Shown here one piece after another: positions 1 through 8,066 of a DNA stretch of 64,000 nt. Positions within the stretch are counted from its first letter, which is position 1. Every line of letters starts with the position of its first letter. Both the position numbers and the translations under genes were made by a program. Source of the stretch: an uncultured bacterium (GTDB taxonomy: Bacteria; Patescibacteriota; Microgenomatia; UBA1400; UBA12108). The DNA lies in the NCBI GenBank assembly GCA_903945195.1, contig CAJAUT010000006.1:493-64492 (forward strand), given 5' to 3'. A model generated the notes under the pieces. It was not told the origin of the DNA. It saw only the letters and a list, made by a program, of their open reading frames with translations, and searched no databases.

Positions 1-11
1 TCGAGGAGATA

Positions 12-1631
12 GTGGAGAAACAATCCGCTAAAGCTCCTGGCCGTCCACTCTTTAATCAAATGATCGGTAGGCTAGAAAAAGGTGAGGCGAACGGAATAGT
101 CAGTTGGAATCCCGATAGGTTGGCTAGAAATAGTGTGGATGGCGGCAAAATTATCTATCTCCTCGATACCGGGCGTATTGTGGCGTTGAAGTTCCCAACA
201 TTTTGGTTTGAACCAACGCCACAAGGAAAGTTCATGCTCAATATCGCCTTTGGACAAAGCAAATACTATGTGGATTCGCTTGCCGAAAATACCAAAAGAG
301 GACTCCGCCAGAAAGTGAGGCGGGGAGAATTCCCTGGTTGTGCTCCAATCGGCTATATCAACGATGTGAGAAACAAGAGTATTGCTGTAGACCGCAAGCG
401 GAGTGTAATCATCCGTAAGGCTTTCGAGTTGTACGCCCAAGGCAATAGCCGATTGGAGGATATCAGCACTTTTCTGGCGGAGAATGGATTAAACGCACGA
501 GGAGGCAAGCGACTCCACAAAGACAGAATCAATTTTATCCTCCACAACCCGTTCTACTACGGACACTTTAGGTATTTGGGTGAAACATACGAAGGTCATC
601 ACCAGCCAGTCATCACCAAGCAGTTGTTTGATCAGGTGCAGGTGGTACTCTCGGAGCGTGGTCGTCCATACCAAACCCCCACCTATGCCTCCCAAGCCCT
701 CTGTGGACTCCTGCGGTGTGGCACCTGCCAGATGATGATCACTGGCGAGGCCAAAACCAAACACCAAAAGAATGGTAACGAGCACCACTACGTCTACTAT
801 CACTGCACCAGGAAACATAAAACCATCAGGTGCAGTGAGCCACCCGTAGCCGAGGGTGAGTTAGCTCGCCAGTTATCATCCCTGATCAAACAACCTGCTT
901 TATCACCGAGTTGGGCGGAATCTATGCGAAACAAGTTAGCAGAAGATAAGATAGACTCCGCCCAATCGGTTACTGCGTTTGTGTCAGAGACAACCAATAC
1001 TATTCGTGCCATTGATCATAAGCTACAGCGACTGCTCGACGGCTATCTCGACCAACTGATTGACCAGGATATCTACAAAACACAGAAGAATAAGTTGGTC
1101 AGTTCTAAGAAGTCGCTAACTGATCAATTGGCACGCATGACACAAACGCAGACTCGCTGGGTAGAACCGATGCTCAAATGGATAAATCAGGCAGAGAATC
1201 TGCCTGCAGTCGCCGAGTGTGGCACTCTTACACAGGTCAAGAGTGCAGCCAAAGAAATCTTTGGCTCGGACCTATGGCTTTCCGCGAGCGAAGCGAGCGG
1301 GACAGCACAATCCCCCTGGGATTCTGTGATCTCTGCGACCAGTCGGTGCAAAAAAGCTGAAAATTTGCAAAACAGTTGTGCTTGGGTGGGCCCACTGGGA
1401 TTCGGACCCAGGACACCCTACTTAAGAGGCAGGTGCTCTAACCAGCTGAGCTATAGGCCCACTATTAACTTATATACCCCTGATGCATCTTTATTTGAAC
1501 ACTTTCTGCCTTGGATTCAGAAAATAATGTTCGCATTAATGAATCTGAACCAGACTATCAATATCAGGGTTTACAAAAAAGTATTATACGAGAAAAGTTG
1601 GCTAATTAAAATAGCGGTAGTCGTAGACTAA
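12..1631 (+). CDS. Large serine recombinase (5'-truncated at window edge). The ORF reads across the antisense tRNA-Lys, so the true C-terminus is uncertain.
   Basis: Resolvase catalytic-domain tail (GIVSWNPDRLARNSVDG), recombinase domain and a Cys-rich zinc ribbon (CGLLRCGTCQ...YHCTRK). No upstream start within the window. Confidence 0.8.
   Translation: MEKQSAKAPGRPLFNQMIGRLEKGEANGIVSWNPDRLARNSVDGGKIIYLLDTGRIVALKFPTFWFEPTPQGKFMLNIAFGQSKYYVDSLAENTKRGLRQKVRRGEFPGCAPIGYINDVRNKSIAVDRKRSVIIRKAFELYAQGNSRLEDISTFLAENGLNARGGKRLHKDRINFILHNPFYYGHFRYLGETYEGHHQPVITKQLFDQVQVVLSERGRPYQTPTYASQALCGLLRCGTCQMMITGEAKTKHQKNGNEHHYVYYHCTRKHKTIRCSEPPVAEGELARQLSSLIKQPALSPSWAESMRNKLAEDKIDSAQSVTAFVSETTNTIRAIDHKLQRLLDGYLDQLIDQDIYKTQKNKLVSSKKSLTDQLARMTQTQTRWVEPMLKWINQAENLPAVAECGTLTQVKSAAKEIFGSDLWLSASEASGTAQSPWDSVISATSRCKKAENLQNSCAWVGPLGFGPRTPYLRGRCSNQLSYRPTINLYTPDASLFEHFLPWIQKIMFALMNLNQTINIRVYKKVLYEKSWLIKIAVVVD
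1385..1460 (-). tRNA. tRNA-Lys (anticodon CTT)
   Basis: Reverse complement GGGCCTATAGCTCAGCTGGTTAGAGCACCTGCCTCTTAAGTAGGGTGTCCTGGGTCCGAATCCCAGTGGGCCCA folds as a cloverleaf. Acceptor 7 bp, D arm GCTC/GAGC, anticodon stem CCTGC/GTAGG, loop CTCTTAA, T arm CTGGG-TCCGAAT-CCCAG. Confidence 0.75.
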
Positions 1632-1733
1632 TTTTAAGTGCTTTGGAAATAAATCCCACCCCGGGCGTGCGATGATATACTGATTATATAGATTCTATTT
1701 ATCAAACAACATAATATCTAGATATAGTACAGA

Positions 1734-1762
1734 TCATTGACTATTGACAGTCAATAGTCAAT
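1734..1762. promoter_or_regulatory. 29-bp perfect palindrome CATTGACTATTGAC-A-GTCAATAGTCAATG (putative operator) overlapping a promoter-like TTGACA and a TATAAA 3 nt upstream of the ATG at 1779
   Basis: Perfect dyad symmetry read directly. TTGACA at 1744-1749. TATAAA at 1771-1776 immediately before the start codon, suggesting a short-leader or leaderless transcript. Confidence 0.5.
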
Positions 1763-1778
1763 GATGCTAGTATAAACT

Positions 1779-2756
1779 ATGAAATCTGATACCAGAGATA
1801 AAATCATAGCATATATCCGTGCTAACGGACGAGTAACTCCCAAAGACCTTGTGGAACATCTTGGGATTAGCAAGCAAGCATTTTTTGTGCAGGCTAGCAA
1901 GTTGCTAAAGCTCGGGGAACTTGTCAAAACAGGCAAACCTCCTCGCGTATATTACTCTATACCAGACAAACAAGCAGAAAATAGCGATACAGTAACAGGT
2001 ACCGATTTGCGAAATTTTATTAACGAGCGATATCTATACATCAGTCCGCTCGGGGAAAAGTTGGACGGGGTGGATGGATTCTCAAAGTGGTGTCACAAAA
2101 CTGGGCAACGGGCAGAAAAGACCGCCAAAGAATATGTTGCAGCTCAGAAAAAATACGATCAGTGGGTCAAAGATGGCTTTATTAACGGTGATAAAAAAAT
2201 GTCGAGTACTTTTGACAAGGTCTATGTTGATACCCTTTACTATCTCGATTTCTACAGTATTGAGCGATTTGGCAAGACTAAACTTGGTCAACTCCTTCTC
2301 TACGCTAAACAGAGTCAGAGCAAAACAGTAATTAGCGAACTCACAGATCTTATCCGTGGGGGTGTGTACAGCCTTATTAAAAAAGAAAAAATTAGTAGTG
2401 TCGGGTTTGTACCCGCTACAGTTAGGCGTGAAGTACAGCTTATGAAGGAGCTAGAAAGTGGACTGGCTCTACCTCTTCGCAAAATTAAAATTGCCAAAGT
2501 GCAGTCGGAGCTTATGGTACCGCAAAAAACTCTTGTTAGGCTTCCAGACCGAATAGAGAACGCCGCTAGAACGATAGTAGTCGAGGACAATGATAACCAT
2601 GAGAACATACTCATCATCGACGATGCTGTCGGGAGTGGAGCTACCCTCAACGAGACGGCAAGACAAATACGAGAAAAGAGGATCGTAAAAGGCAAGATAA
2701 TCGGGCTAGCGATTGTGGGGAGTTTCAAAGGATTTGACGTGATCAGCGAGGTCTAA
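1779..2756 (+). CDS. Winged-helix DNA-binding protein with a C-terminal phosphoribosyltransferase (PRTase) domain (PurR-like architecture)
   Basis: N-terminal HTH-like region (ITPKDLVEHLGISKQAF). C-terminal PRTase PRPP-binding motif ILIIDDAVGSGATLNE. Confidence 0.5.
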   Translation: MKSDTRDKIIAYIRANGRVTPKDLVEHLGISKQAFFVQASKLLKLGELVKTGKPPRVYYSIPDKQAENSDTVTGTDLRNFINERYLYISPLGEKLDGVDGFSKWCHKTGQRAEKTAKEYVAAQKKYDQWVKDGFINGDKKMSSTFDKVYVDTLYYLDFYSIERFGKTKLGQLLLYAKQSQSKTVISELTDLIRGGVYSLIKKEKISSVGFVPATVRREVQLMKELESGLALPLRKIKIAKVQSELMVPQKTLVRLPDRIENAARTIVVEDNDNHENILIIDDAVGSGATLNETARQIREKRIVKGKIIGLAIVGSFKGFDVISEV

Positions 2757-2920
2757 TAAATCTCAAATCCCACCTCGGGCGCGCGATGTTTTATCGCATC
2801 TAGCCAAACTCGACGGGAGAAATACAAATATCGATGTACCTATCCGGACTACTTAAACACCGAGATTAGCCCATTATATCAATCAATTTGTACCTTCGAT
2901 AATTGTGCTATGTCTTCTAG

Positions 2921-3000
2921 TGCCGAGGAGAGGACTTGAACCTCCATGAATTACTTCACACGCACCTCAAGCGTGCGCGTCTACCATTTCGCCACCTCGG
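2921..3000 (-). tRNA. tRNA-Leu (anticodon GAG), long variable arm
   Basis: Reverse complement GCCGAGGTGGCGAAATGGTAGACGCGCACGCTTGAGGTGCGTGTGAAGTAATTCATGGAGGTTCAAGTCCTCTCCTCGGCA. Anticodon stem CACGC/GCGTG, loop TTGAGGT. T arm GGAGG-TTCAAGT-CCTCT. Confidence 0.8.
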
Positions 3001-3336
3001 CAATTTGCAAAGATTAGTATTTCTACCAACTTTAGCAGTATTAACTTGTTTGTGTACCATTTCGCCCGCCTGCAACAGTTGTGCTGTAAGCACTGCGGGC
3101 AGGCCACCTCGGCAATTTGCAAAGATTAGTATTTCTACCAACTTTAGCAGTATTAACTTGTTTGTGTACCATTTCGCCCGCCTGCAACAGTTGTGCTGTA
3201 AGCACTGCGGGCAGGCCACCTCGGCAATCAATAAAAGTCAGGTATTGCTACCAACTTTATCTTATTAACTTGTTTGTCTACCATTTCGCCCGCCTGCAAC
3301 AGCTGTGCTGTAAGCACTGCGGGCAGGCCACCTCGG
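2991..3336. repeat. Tandem array of three 112-bp units (2991-3102, 3103-3214, 3215-3326) plus a 10-bp terminal partial (3327-3336). Each unit is the tRNA-Leu 5' end (nt 1-10), a 38-bp imperfect-palindrome hairpin, tRNA nt ~11-23, then ~50 bp of spacer.
   Basis: Units 1 and 2 are identical. Unit 3 has a diverged spacer but a conserved hairpin and tRNA pieces. Period measured from recurring CCACCTCGGC at 2991, 3103, 3215 and 3327. Confidence 0.9.
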
Positions 3337-3387
3337 CTTATTTAACGTGCAGGAGCAATTATACTACACCAAGTATGATTCTTAACT

Positions 3388-3816
3388 TTAGTGATTTTTA
3401 TCTACTCCGGACTTGTACCAAGATTCAAGTGGTGTCATATCATCATGATAGTAATTGTAGTTAATAAATATTTCTTCATCCTGTGCCAGATCTACCAAGC
3501 TCGAAACTTCCATCACTCTCTTGATATAGTTAAATTTATACTGCGCATTTGGCTTGTACGAATGGTTATAGACACTGCCATACCCTAGGACTACGGCAAA
3601 TTCTTTATTTGAATATTCATAAAAATAATAAAACAACTTGGTCTGTTTTATCATTTCAAACTCTTTAATGGGCATAAATATGGCAGGGCACACCTCTAGT
3701 ATTTGCTTCTTCTTAATATTTTTGGCAGCAAAAACTCCATTCCCATCTGCCACAACAGATTTTTTGACATAAACATTAGACAAGCAAATATTATGCATAA
3801 GACATATATATATCAC
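3388..3816 (-). CDS. SET-domain protein (putative lysine methyltransferase)
   Basis: GNGVFAAKNIKKKQIL near the N-terminus, NHSYKPN (the NHSCxPN motif) and EEIFINY (the ELxxxY post-SET motif). Confidence 0.55.
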   Translation of the reverse strand: MIYICLMHNICLSNVYVKKSVVADGNGVFAAKNIKKKQILEVCPAIFMPIKEFEMIKQTKLFYYFYEYSNKEFAVVLGYGSVYNHSYKPNAQYKFNYIKRVMEVSSLVDLAQDEEIFINYNYYHDDMTPLESWYKSGVDKNH

Positions 3817-3822
3817 ATATTT

Positions 3823-4482
3823 TTACATCATTTTCACCCATAAATCACTGAATTCTCCGTCGCATCTGTATTTTTTATCATTTTTCACAAATCCATTGTA
3901 AGAGAGCACTTTTGCAGAACCAATATTATCTGGTGAGATAAAACCATATATCACAAGTTTAGGACGTATTTTGTACAGTTTTTCAAAACCAGCTTTTAAC
4001 TTCTTTAGAGCCAACTTTAGACCTTCCACTATCACACCTTTACGATTCAGGTGGAGATGCAATTTCGTCGTATAACTCAGCTTTTCTAATATTTCATCTG
4101 GCCAACCACCACTCATCAGTTTTTGATAGCTAACCTGAAATATACGAGAGTTCCTAGAAGTCAGACCATATGCGTCCATGACTTTACTAGGGAGTGGATA
4201 TTTTGAGTCTTGATAAAACCAAATCCACCCAACTAGCGCATCTTTTACGTCTACAACCCCGTACATCAATTCATAAGATTTTTTTGTCACTTTATAATCT
4301 ATCTTTGCCAAAGTCTTATCAACATCGTGCAAATCAGTAATTTTGGCAAAATCAAAATCATCTGTAAAATATCCTTTAGCTTTCATCACCTCTGGGTGAT
4401 AATACATCAAATTCATCCGTTCAACGTCTCCAGGATTTTGGGGGTCAAAACTGCGTAAGCGATATGGTACGGAAGTAATCAT
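3823..4482 (-). CDS. GNAT-family acetyltransferase-like protein
   Basis: C-terminal NIGSAKVLSYNGF resembles the GNAT motif. Convergent with the SET gene. Confidence 0.4.
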   Translation of the reverse strand: MITSVPYRLRSFDPQNPGDVERMNLMYYHPEVMKAKGYFTDDFDFAKITDLHDVDKTLAKIDYKVTKKSYELMYGVVDVKDALVGWIWFYQDSKYPLPSKVMDAYGLTSRNSRIFQVSYQKLMSGGWPDEILEKLSYTTKLHLHLNRKGVIVEGLKLALKKLKAGFEKLYKIRPKLVIYGFISPDNIGSAKVLSYNGFVKNDKKYRCDGEFSDLWVKMM

Positions 4483-4517
4483 TTGGGCATTTTACCACAC
4501 ATTTAGCCCTATAGTAC

Positions 4518-5645
4518 CTAGTTAAACAACTCTAGATACTCAATTTCCTCAAAATTCTCATCATTTTTCTTTGCAGATACACTAGTCCCATTTTTATCGA
4601 TAAGACCCACACAAACTGCCCCCAAATCCTTGTTTACATACGCTTCTTTTAAGTCATATAGGATAGTTTTATGTATAGTTTTATGGACCTGTAATATACC
4701 TCTAGAATTGAGAGATTGTATCAAATATTTCTGGTACATTTTTGCGTGACTAGCCATAGTTTTGTATCTATGTAAAAAATATCTATATCCTCCACGCCAG
4801 ATCTGCCTAGGTGGGGTAGCCCACAACATGGGTGGATATTTAGGATCTATCAAATTAGTTTGAGCCAAATAGTCACTAGGAGTTTCCCCAAGCATCTCGA
4901 TTTTTGACTCACTCCTAGCCAAAGTCAGTTTGTAGCCCTCACACACCTCTCCCACTTTACGCACTACATTGATCGCGTAACCGTCGATTAACTCTCCTAG
5001 ACTATTGATCATCTCTACAATATTATTTGGCTCGGCCTCCTCAGGCTTCATCCGCCAGATCATCCATGAGATCATATTGACTAGCACTGGCCTCTCAACT
5101 TCAGCGACACCATTTTCTTTTACAAAAAGCGTATCTATCGCAGTGATTAGCCCACTTTTAAATCCATACAGCCCGCATCCAGGCATGAGATTATTGTATA
5201 CAAGGGTGCACGACCTACCACTAGGTTCTTCAAACGCTATAGTCATCGGATCACTCATATGTAGCTCTATATGTTCGTTGTCGATAAACTCTTCTTCCGT
5301 GTGTAGCAGTGCAACTCCACTGCCGTAGCGTGCGATAAATGACTGGCAACCTGATAAATTGTCCGCTAGTAGCCACATAGCTTGTTCATTTGTGATCTCT
5401 GCACCTCTTGCCCACGCACTCAAACACTCTCTAAATTCACTACACTCCTTTTTATCTTGGATATAAGTCCAACTTTTCTCAGCCACCTGTCTACGTATCA
5501 CCGTCAATTTAGCTCTTTTTTTTGACAGTTTATTTACAGATTCTTGGATATTTTTACCAAATAGCCTACCAACATCACGATATTGCTCAATTAGGGTCGT
5601 TCCTTTAGCCTGGTATATATTTTGCATTACTTCATTATATTGCAT
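4518..5645 (-). CDS. Hypothetical protein. Weak resemblance to an Ntn-hydrolase/C45-type fold (LSGCQSF...YGSG), not verified.
   Basis: Long ORF in a coherent gene cluster. No confident motif. Confidence 0.3.
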   Translation of the reverse strand: MQYNEVMQNIYQAKGTTLIEQYRDVGRLFGKNIQESVNKLSKKRAKLTVIRRQVAEKSWTYIQDKKECSEFRECLSAWARGAEITNEQAMWLLADNLSGCQSFIARYGSGVALLHTEEEFIDNEHIELHMSDPMTIAFEEPSGRSCTLVYNNLMPGCGLYGFKSGLITAIDTLFVKENGVAEVERPVLVNMISWMIWRMKPEEAEPNNIVEMINSLGELIDGYAINVVRKVGEVCEGYKLTLARSESKIEMLGETPSDYLAQTNLIDPKYPPMLWATPPRQIWRGGYRYFLHRYKTMASHAKMYQKYLIQSLNSRGILQVHKTIHKTILYDLKEAYVNKDLGAVCVGLIDKNGTSVSAKKNDENFEEIEYLELFN

Positions 5646-5675
5646 TTATTTTTATATCCTGTATAAAAATACTTT

Positions 5676-6743
5676 GTGGTAACAAATATAGTCAACTCAC
5701 CAAGTACTCGCGGACTCATTGCCAAAGCAAACAGAGCGGGTGGCAAACTCCCAGGAAAAATCGCCATTTTGTATACCGATGCCAAACGGGAATATTGCTC
5801 CACAGACGAAGAATTTCAAACTATCGATGGCTCCTACGAAGAAGCCTTACTTTTTGACCCATATTTTGTAAAACTAGGGATCAAGACTGTCTACATCAAA
5901 GCCGACGCTCACATGACCGAGAGATTGAAAAAAGAAAAGCCAAATATGGCGCTCAATCTGGTCACGACAGTCAAGGGCTACGATTACCTAGGCGCCACAG
6001 TACCTGCTGCTTTAGAACTCCTAGAGATTCCCTATACTGGCACCAATATCCTCGGCTTTTCCCTTGGCTGCAACAAATACCTCATGCATGCACTCCTTTC
6101 GCAACATGGGATCCCTGTCCCACGTTTCCAGCTCATGTCTACCAAGACCACACCCCTCGATCCCACGCTTCGTTTCCCCCTGATACTTAAACTCAACGAA
6201 GAACATAGCAATATCGAGATCAAACAGGAAAGCGTCGTCGAAAATGAAGAAGAGCTTCGTAAGCGACTGCGCTATCTCCTGCGCACTTATCAGCAAGACG
6301 TGCTAGTTTCAGAGTTTATCGATGGTCGCGAATTTGCCTCTTTTCTTTTCCAGTCCTACAACCAAAAAGTCTACACTGTCGAGCGCGTCATCAACATGCC
6401 AGGGGTCAAACATCAGTTTATGGACTACAACCTGGTCTGGAATGTAAGTGTCCAAGAATATGACAAGATTTTAAAAAAGGTTAAATATCATGATCCAATC
6501 TTAGATGCTTTTATCAAAAAAGCTTTCAAAGTCATGCGCATGGACGACTACGGCAAATTTGATATTCGCATGGATGTCCGCGGCAATTACTACATCATCG
6601 ATGCCAATGCCAACTGCCACTTTGCACCTCCGGAATCATTCTGTGATTGCGAGATTTCGCACGTTCTCCCCATGTATGGTGTACCATTTAAAATGTTACT
6701 AAAAAGATTACTCCAAAACACCATGAGAGAGTGGGGTTATTAA
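5676..6743 (+). CDS. Divergent D-Ala-D-Ala-ligase-like ATP-grasp ligase (paralog 1)
   Basis: Ddl-like N-domain motif LELLEIPYTG and the C-terminal ATP-grasp motif DIRMDVRGNYYIIDANAN. Lacks the canonical GEDG motif. Confidence 0.6.
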   Translation: MVTNIVNSPSTRGLIAKANRAGGKLPGKIAILYTDAKREYCSTDEEFQTIDGSYEEALLFDPYFVKLGIKTVYIKADAHMTERLKKEKPNMALNLVTTVKGYDYLGATVPAALELLEIPYTGTNILGFSLGCNKYLMHALLSQHGIPVPRFQLMSTKTTPLDPTLRFPLILKLNEEHSNIEIKQESVVENEEELRKRLRYLLRTYQQDVLVSEFIDGREFASFLFQSYNQKVYTVERVINMPGVKHQFMDYNLVWNVSVQEYDKILKKVKYHDPILDAFIKKAFKVMRMDDYGKFDIRMDVRGNYYIIDANANCHFAPPESFCDCEISHVLPMYGVPFKMLLKRLLQNTMREWGY

Positions 6744-6744
6744 T

Positions 6745-7761
6745 ATGGTTTTATCAGACGATCTCCTTGCCTTACCCAAAAAAGTTGCCATTTTATACTC
6801 AGACGTCAAGCGCGAGTATTTTTCAAACGAAGAAACCTATCTGACAGAAATGGGTGCAGATATCTACGCCGGAGACGTAGCCAAATATGTGGAAAAGATG
6901 GGGATTGTAGTCACGACTATACCCGGCGATGATCACATGGCCGAGAATCTAGTGAAATTCAATCCCGACATGGCCATCAATTTGATCGACTCTGTTAGAG
7001 GTCAAAGTACCCTTGGTTCATCTGTCCCTGGAGTCCTTGAGATCCTCCATATCCCCTATACAGGAGCAGGGACCCTAGGATGGGCGCTTGGGACCAACAA
7101 ATTCCTCATGTATCAGCTCCTACAAACTTCAGGAGTTCCAGTTCCTACGCACCAGATAGTCTCTAGCTCCACCGACATGATCGATCCTGGTATGCGTTAT
7201 CCACTCTTCCCCAAGCTCAACTACGAACATTCTAGTATCGGCGTAGCTGCAGACAGTATTTGTCACAATGAAAAAGAACTTAGGTCCAAACTTAAAGATC
7301 TGATCACCACCTACAAACAACCAGTGCTAATCGACGAGTTTATCGCGGGTATCGAGGTCACTGCCTCTGTTCTAGACGGTATGAACACCAAAGTGTATAT
7401 GGTCCAGCGCAAAGTAGGTGAGGGGATAGAAGACGTCGTGACGTTCGACAAAAAATGGAAAGATTATCTGGATATGACCTACATCAAATATGAGGATCCG
7501 ATTCTCAAAGGTTACGTTAAACAAGCTTTTGATATTCTCAAGATGTCTGATTATGCCCGCATCGACATCCGCATCGACGCAGCAGGCAGGTATTATTTCA
7601 TCGATCCAAATGCCAATCCATTCTTTGGTCCACCCAAAGAAACCCACGCCACCTACAGCATGATTCTCGATATGTACGGTGTCACTTTTGAAGAAACCTT
7701 AAAACGTTTATTCCTCAACACACTTCAAGATGCGCGTATAGAACAAAACGGCTGGCACTAA
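6745..7761 (+). CDS. Divergent D-Ala-D-Ala-ligase-like ATP-grasp ligase (paralog 2)
   Basis: LEILHIPYTGAGTLG and IDIRIDAAGRYYFIDPNANP. Start overlaps the stop of the upstream paralog. Confidence 0.6.
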   Translation: MVLSDDLLALPKKVAILYSDVKREYFSNEETYLTEMGADIYAGDVAKYVEKMGIVVTTIPGDDHMAENLVKFNPDMAINLIDSVRGQSTLGSSVPGVLEILHIPYTGAGTLGWALGTNKFLMYQLLQTSGVPVPTHQIVSSSTDMIDPGMRYPLFPKLNYEHSSIGVAADSICHNEKELRSKLKDLITTYKQPVLIDEFIAGIEVTASVLDGMNTKVYMVQRKVGEGIEDVVTFDKKWKDYLDMTYIKYEDPILKGYVKQAFDILKMSDYARIDIRIDAAGRYYFIDPNANPFFGPPKETHATYSMILDMYGVTFEETLKRLFLNTLQDARIEQNGWH

Positions 7762-8045
7762 GTCAAATCAAATCTCAGAGTCTTACCCACAGCCACAGCA
7801 ATCTTGGACATAAAATCAAATGACGGGTTAGAAGACCCACCTTCAAATCGTGAGATTACAGCTTGTTTCGTACCAATTTTCTTGGCAAGTTGTGACTGAG
7901 TCATCTTTTTGGCCAAACGCGCATCAATCATCTTGCATATCATGTCAAACTTGGGTTGTGATGCTGCATACATCGCTCTAAGACCTGGTCTACCCGCCAA
8001 AGCTTTCTTTTTAAATTCGTCATAACTATCGATAAATGGTTTCAT
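7758..8045 (-). CDS. XRE-family HTH antitoxin (HigA-like)
   Basis: HTH stretch MTQSQLAKKIGTKQAVISRFE. Immediately downstream of a RelE/HigB-like toxin gene. Confidence 0.55.
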   Translation of the reverse strand: MKPFIDSYDEFKKKALAGRPGLRAMYAASQPKFDMICKMIDARLAKKMTQSQLAKKIGTKQAVISRFEGGSSNPSFDFMSKIAVAVGKTLRFDLT

Positions 8046-8066
8046 AACACATTTATAATCTATAAG

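Noticed and set aside
72-1012. Antisense ORFs within the first recombinase gene (72-440, 353-547, 489-818, 800-1012, minus strand)
   Set aside because: Shadow ORFs opposite a well-supported long CDS.
2991-3336. Possible CRISPR array (regularly spaced repeats)
   Set aside because: Units are 112 bp and essentially fully repeated, with no unique spacers. They contain tRNA fragments plus a palindrome, and there are no cas genes in the window. Reported as a tandem repeat instead.
2936-3464. ORFs 2936-3268(+), 3117-3464(+) and 2956-3231(-) inside the tRNA-Leu/repeat array
   Set aside because: They lie entirely within tandem repeats and an antisense tRNA. Their open frames are a consequence of the repetition.
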